From Eukaryota sp. TZLM1-RC (taxonomy: Eukaryota; Protista; Metamonada: BaSk clade), in assembly GCA_040285825.1 (NCBI GenBank), contig JAUPSS010000004.1:3018550-3082549 (forward strand): a stretch of 64,000 nt of DNA, given 5' to 3'. The notes under the pieces were generated by a model. It was given only the letters and a program-made list of their open reading frames with translations. It had not been told where the DNA came from and did no database searches. Of the stretch, positions 62,501 through 64,000 are shown piece after piece. How positions within the stretch are numbered: position 1 is the first letter of the stretch; each line of letters begins with the position of its first letter. The position numbers were made by a program, and so were the translations under genes.

Positions 62501-62848
62501 TAATAAAGATATTGAAGAGGCTAATGCCGATAGAAATACACAGCTGGTTTTTATTGCTTTCCCATTTTCGATAAATGGAAGATTATCAGATGAAGCAGAA
62601 ACTTTTTTGAATGACTTCCAAAAAATGGTGCAAGAAAAAACAATGAAAAGATTTGATATTTTTTTATGGCGTTCACGGATTCAATTTGCCATTATTAATA
62701 GATTACCTCGGTTTTTCAATCGAATAAGAGAAGCTTTAGCTAGACAGCAAGCAGATCAACATTTTGTAGAAGAAATCTTGGCTCAATGATTGTCGTCCCA
62801 TTAGTTATGAGTTAATTTAATTAAGTGTGCAAATTCAATAAATACATT
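59507..62848 (+). mobile_element. Intact full-length family F CRE-like retrotransposon (3342 bp)
   Basis: TSD CTATTTAAAGG at 59496-59506 and 62849-62859; T9 start; single open ORF; inserted into the decayed 3' end of another CRE-like element (WKNKIVFSLFKG|LSR). Confidence 0.96.
59592..62789 (+). CDS. Non-LTR retrotransposon protein: CCHC knuckle, Zn ribbon, RT, CCHC and RLE (1065 aa from ATG)
   Basis: CSKCQQQGHNARTC, CNNC..CLKC, KSAGLSG, RPIAVSE, LDFSNAFNS, QGDPLGP, YMDD, CIC..HALNC, HDPVRD, KEP, RGD, VDF, KEKHRKY. Confidence 0.96.
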   Translation: MPESVSDSNGVKRKNDRQQDAQYVLSISPPQPLLSSFLDKKNSDQELLENHDENKVCSKTKPRSYRCSKCQQQGHNARTCPNVGKNDVANSETKCKRKFIRRQESKVEPINDAPQVVAKPVSNRLKHKTCNNCGISFRNNAKGKTSDRCLKCRIVDNYHPPIRIPQEIHPTKCNEFAFVFQRFLDQLCKRKYAINIIWEFFGSFCPPFEQNFVNNAEDLTNIAPRNQSSEKLSKIFEDKCFDNKWSKALSALSPGVKAPNNENTIDKLKILHPYEDPIMDQKFYGTYWENYPLMPAEVFSVIKKRPRGKSAGLSGITIDHVKAAIISSEDCLVLLTKFFNKILSGQLKYPEELRSSRLTALVKNSKMDVRPIAVSESLHNIFSACCLSRFNEKAKQILLPFQYGINTTDGVSSAIFATDVLFHQNESNVCMSLDFSNAFNSLSRGSIHGALLQYMPELIPYFQSTYCTYSNLHFGNNILSSSSGVKQGDPLGPLLFCLAIHPILLQIQEMFPSLKMIAYMDDVVLIGDLNIVKQATVCFKELFTKIGLRLNLLKCVLLSNSPVSTIVDGIEIQAKLYSIDAFRHLGSFLGNNDEITKKLFEKLNSISDKIDRMMNLDIQKHIKFTIIRLCFSSNFNHILRSTNPLVTRPLAQKFNELRAKVLSQLLGCKMFQIPDHAYLSPHYGGLGWTKASILTSCAFVGGCRNAIFEFSERFADWEDLLMATQSSTVFALNEEISKNDAEKWGRCFPQSSNGNIPEKNVLNLKYTLRTLQKRLTGMYETDLYNNICSSAVLNQDLHSLLLEKGVCENKSSDSSLFVTIVPRRFGLCATNEAFVTKMRLYLNIPINQLLSKEKCICSNSPQLTLRHALNCSKLKTYRSSLHDPVRDTVFNMAQTARISCIKEPLLKETLSLNIFGSDDRGDVYCDWIDNSEAVVDFVSCNVANDTLVHRRKLNHVADLDFKAKEKHRKYNKDIEEANADRNTQLVFIAFPFSINGRLSDEAETFLNDFQKMVQEKTMKRFDIFLWRSRIQFAIINRLPRFFNRIREALARQQADQHFVEEILAQ

Positions 62849-64000
62849 CTATTTAAAGGTCTTTCTCGTTGTATTAACTCATTTTTAATGTTACTGATTA
62901 TATTAACAAGCGATTTGTGAGTGGAATTGATAACGCAGGGGTCCAGTGGTCGTAGTGGTCGTAGTGGTCCATACGGTATCGAGAGTTCACCTAAAATTCA
63001 GAAAATTGAGGAAGAAAGAGTATATTTTACATAGTCACTGGTTGATCGATGATGATGGAAAACCTGTTTATCTTCTAGTTTTGTTTTAATTATATTCTAC
63101 TAACATATAATCATAGCTCGCACACACCACTGGGGTAACAACTGACTCAGAAAACTGTTTCTTCAAGATATACACGTCTCTGATTTCCATTTAAATTGGT
63201 TTCAAAATCTCTGATCAGGTAATAATTCTTATATTAAATAAAATAGGTACAACGACATTCCAAAATTGTCCCAAACCTGGAGAGGTGTTTGTAGAGTGTA
63301 CGAACATCAAAATGAAAATGTGATCACCATGTTTTATGATAGAAAGTCGATATGTGAGTTGAGCTCCCAAAAAGAAGGCATCTTGAGAACCATAACAAAT
63401 GTCAATAATTCAAATCGGCGTAGGGAGAAGATTTGTCATAACCATTCTCATGCCTGGTGATATTAAAGATTTTACAGATGAAGAAACAGTCCATAACAAT
63501 TTCTTAATCCACAATCTGCCGTGAATCAATTGGGAGTGAATGAAGCACATGGCTGTAAATAGTCAGTATGATTCAGATGAGATCCAATATGTAGGTATCA
63601 TCAAAAAAAATCGTGAACCACTGATACACTACCAGCAGCAGTTACAAGACTTTCAGGAATTGGAGACGTATGGTGATGTAATTTGGCGCTATTTTTCAGA
63701 AGTTTACACAAGTGAATAAGAAGAGTGGGAGACTTTGGTAACAGTAACAGTTGAAAGGTAAATCGAGCTGATGCTGCTGAACACTAATAGAGATACATCG
63801 GATAGTCATTTGATATCTTTGTGAAAATTTGCAACCATTTTGAAATTACAATTTGCAATCAGCATGTCAGACATTTCTCAGCGAGATTCTCCCGACACTT
63901 CACATTCTTTTAACATCACGCAGCAAAAGGAGAAAAAGGATAACGATGTAACGGACTCAATTGTGACCTCCTCTTTCAACTTCTTCTTCACAGAACTGCA

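Noticed and set aside
59592-62789. Bacterial group II intron, retron or DGR reverse transcriptase
   Set aside because: TSDs, A-rich tails, 5' truncations and the C-terminal CCHC plus RLE domain indicate eukaryotic non-LTR elements.

Overview
This is AT-rich eukaryotic DNA, probably from an intron-poor protist (inference), read in the standard genetic code. Most of the window is nested, fragmented non-LTR retrotransposons of the CRE-like, restriction-like-endonuclease (RLE) type. Each has a single ORF with an N-terminal Zn ribbon or knuckle, an RT with QGDPLGP and YxDD motifs, a CxC..H..C motif and an RLE nuclease. At least 8 families can be told apart by their C-termini; the labels A-I are my own. 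One copy is intact with TSDs (59507-62848), and two more are full-length with TSDs but disrupted (11562-14975, 30746-33749). Host features are a tRNA-Leu(AAG), a Kelch plus coiled-coil gene with 21 x 75-bp repeats, a HIRA gene and a small coiled-coil ORF. Other mobile DNA includes a 5'-truncated Fanzor1 (eukaryotic TnpB-derived RNA-guided nuclease) ending 41 bp before the Kelch ATG, a palindromic MITE beside the tRNA, an RT-less chromodomain Ty3/Gypsy element with ~135-bp LTRs, and a ~759-bp tandem array built from the 3' ends of two LINE families. The most notable signals are the Fanzor remnant, an oligo-T/pyrimidine 5' terminus shared by all 5'-complete LINE copies, and the apparent lack of target-site specificity in these RLE elements.
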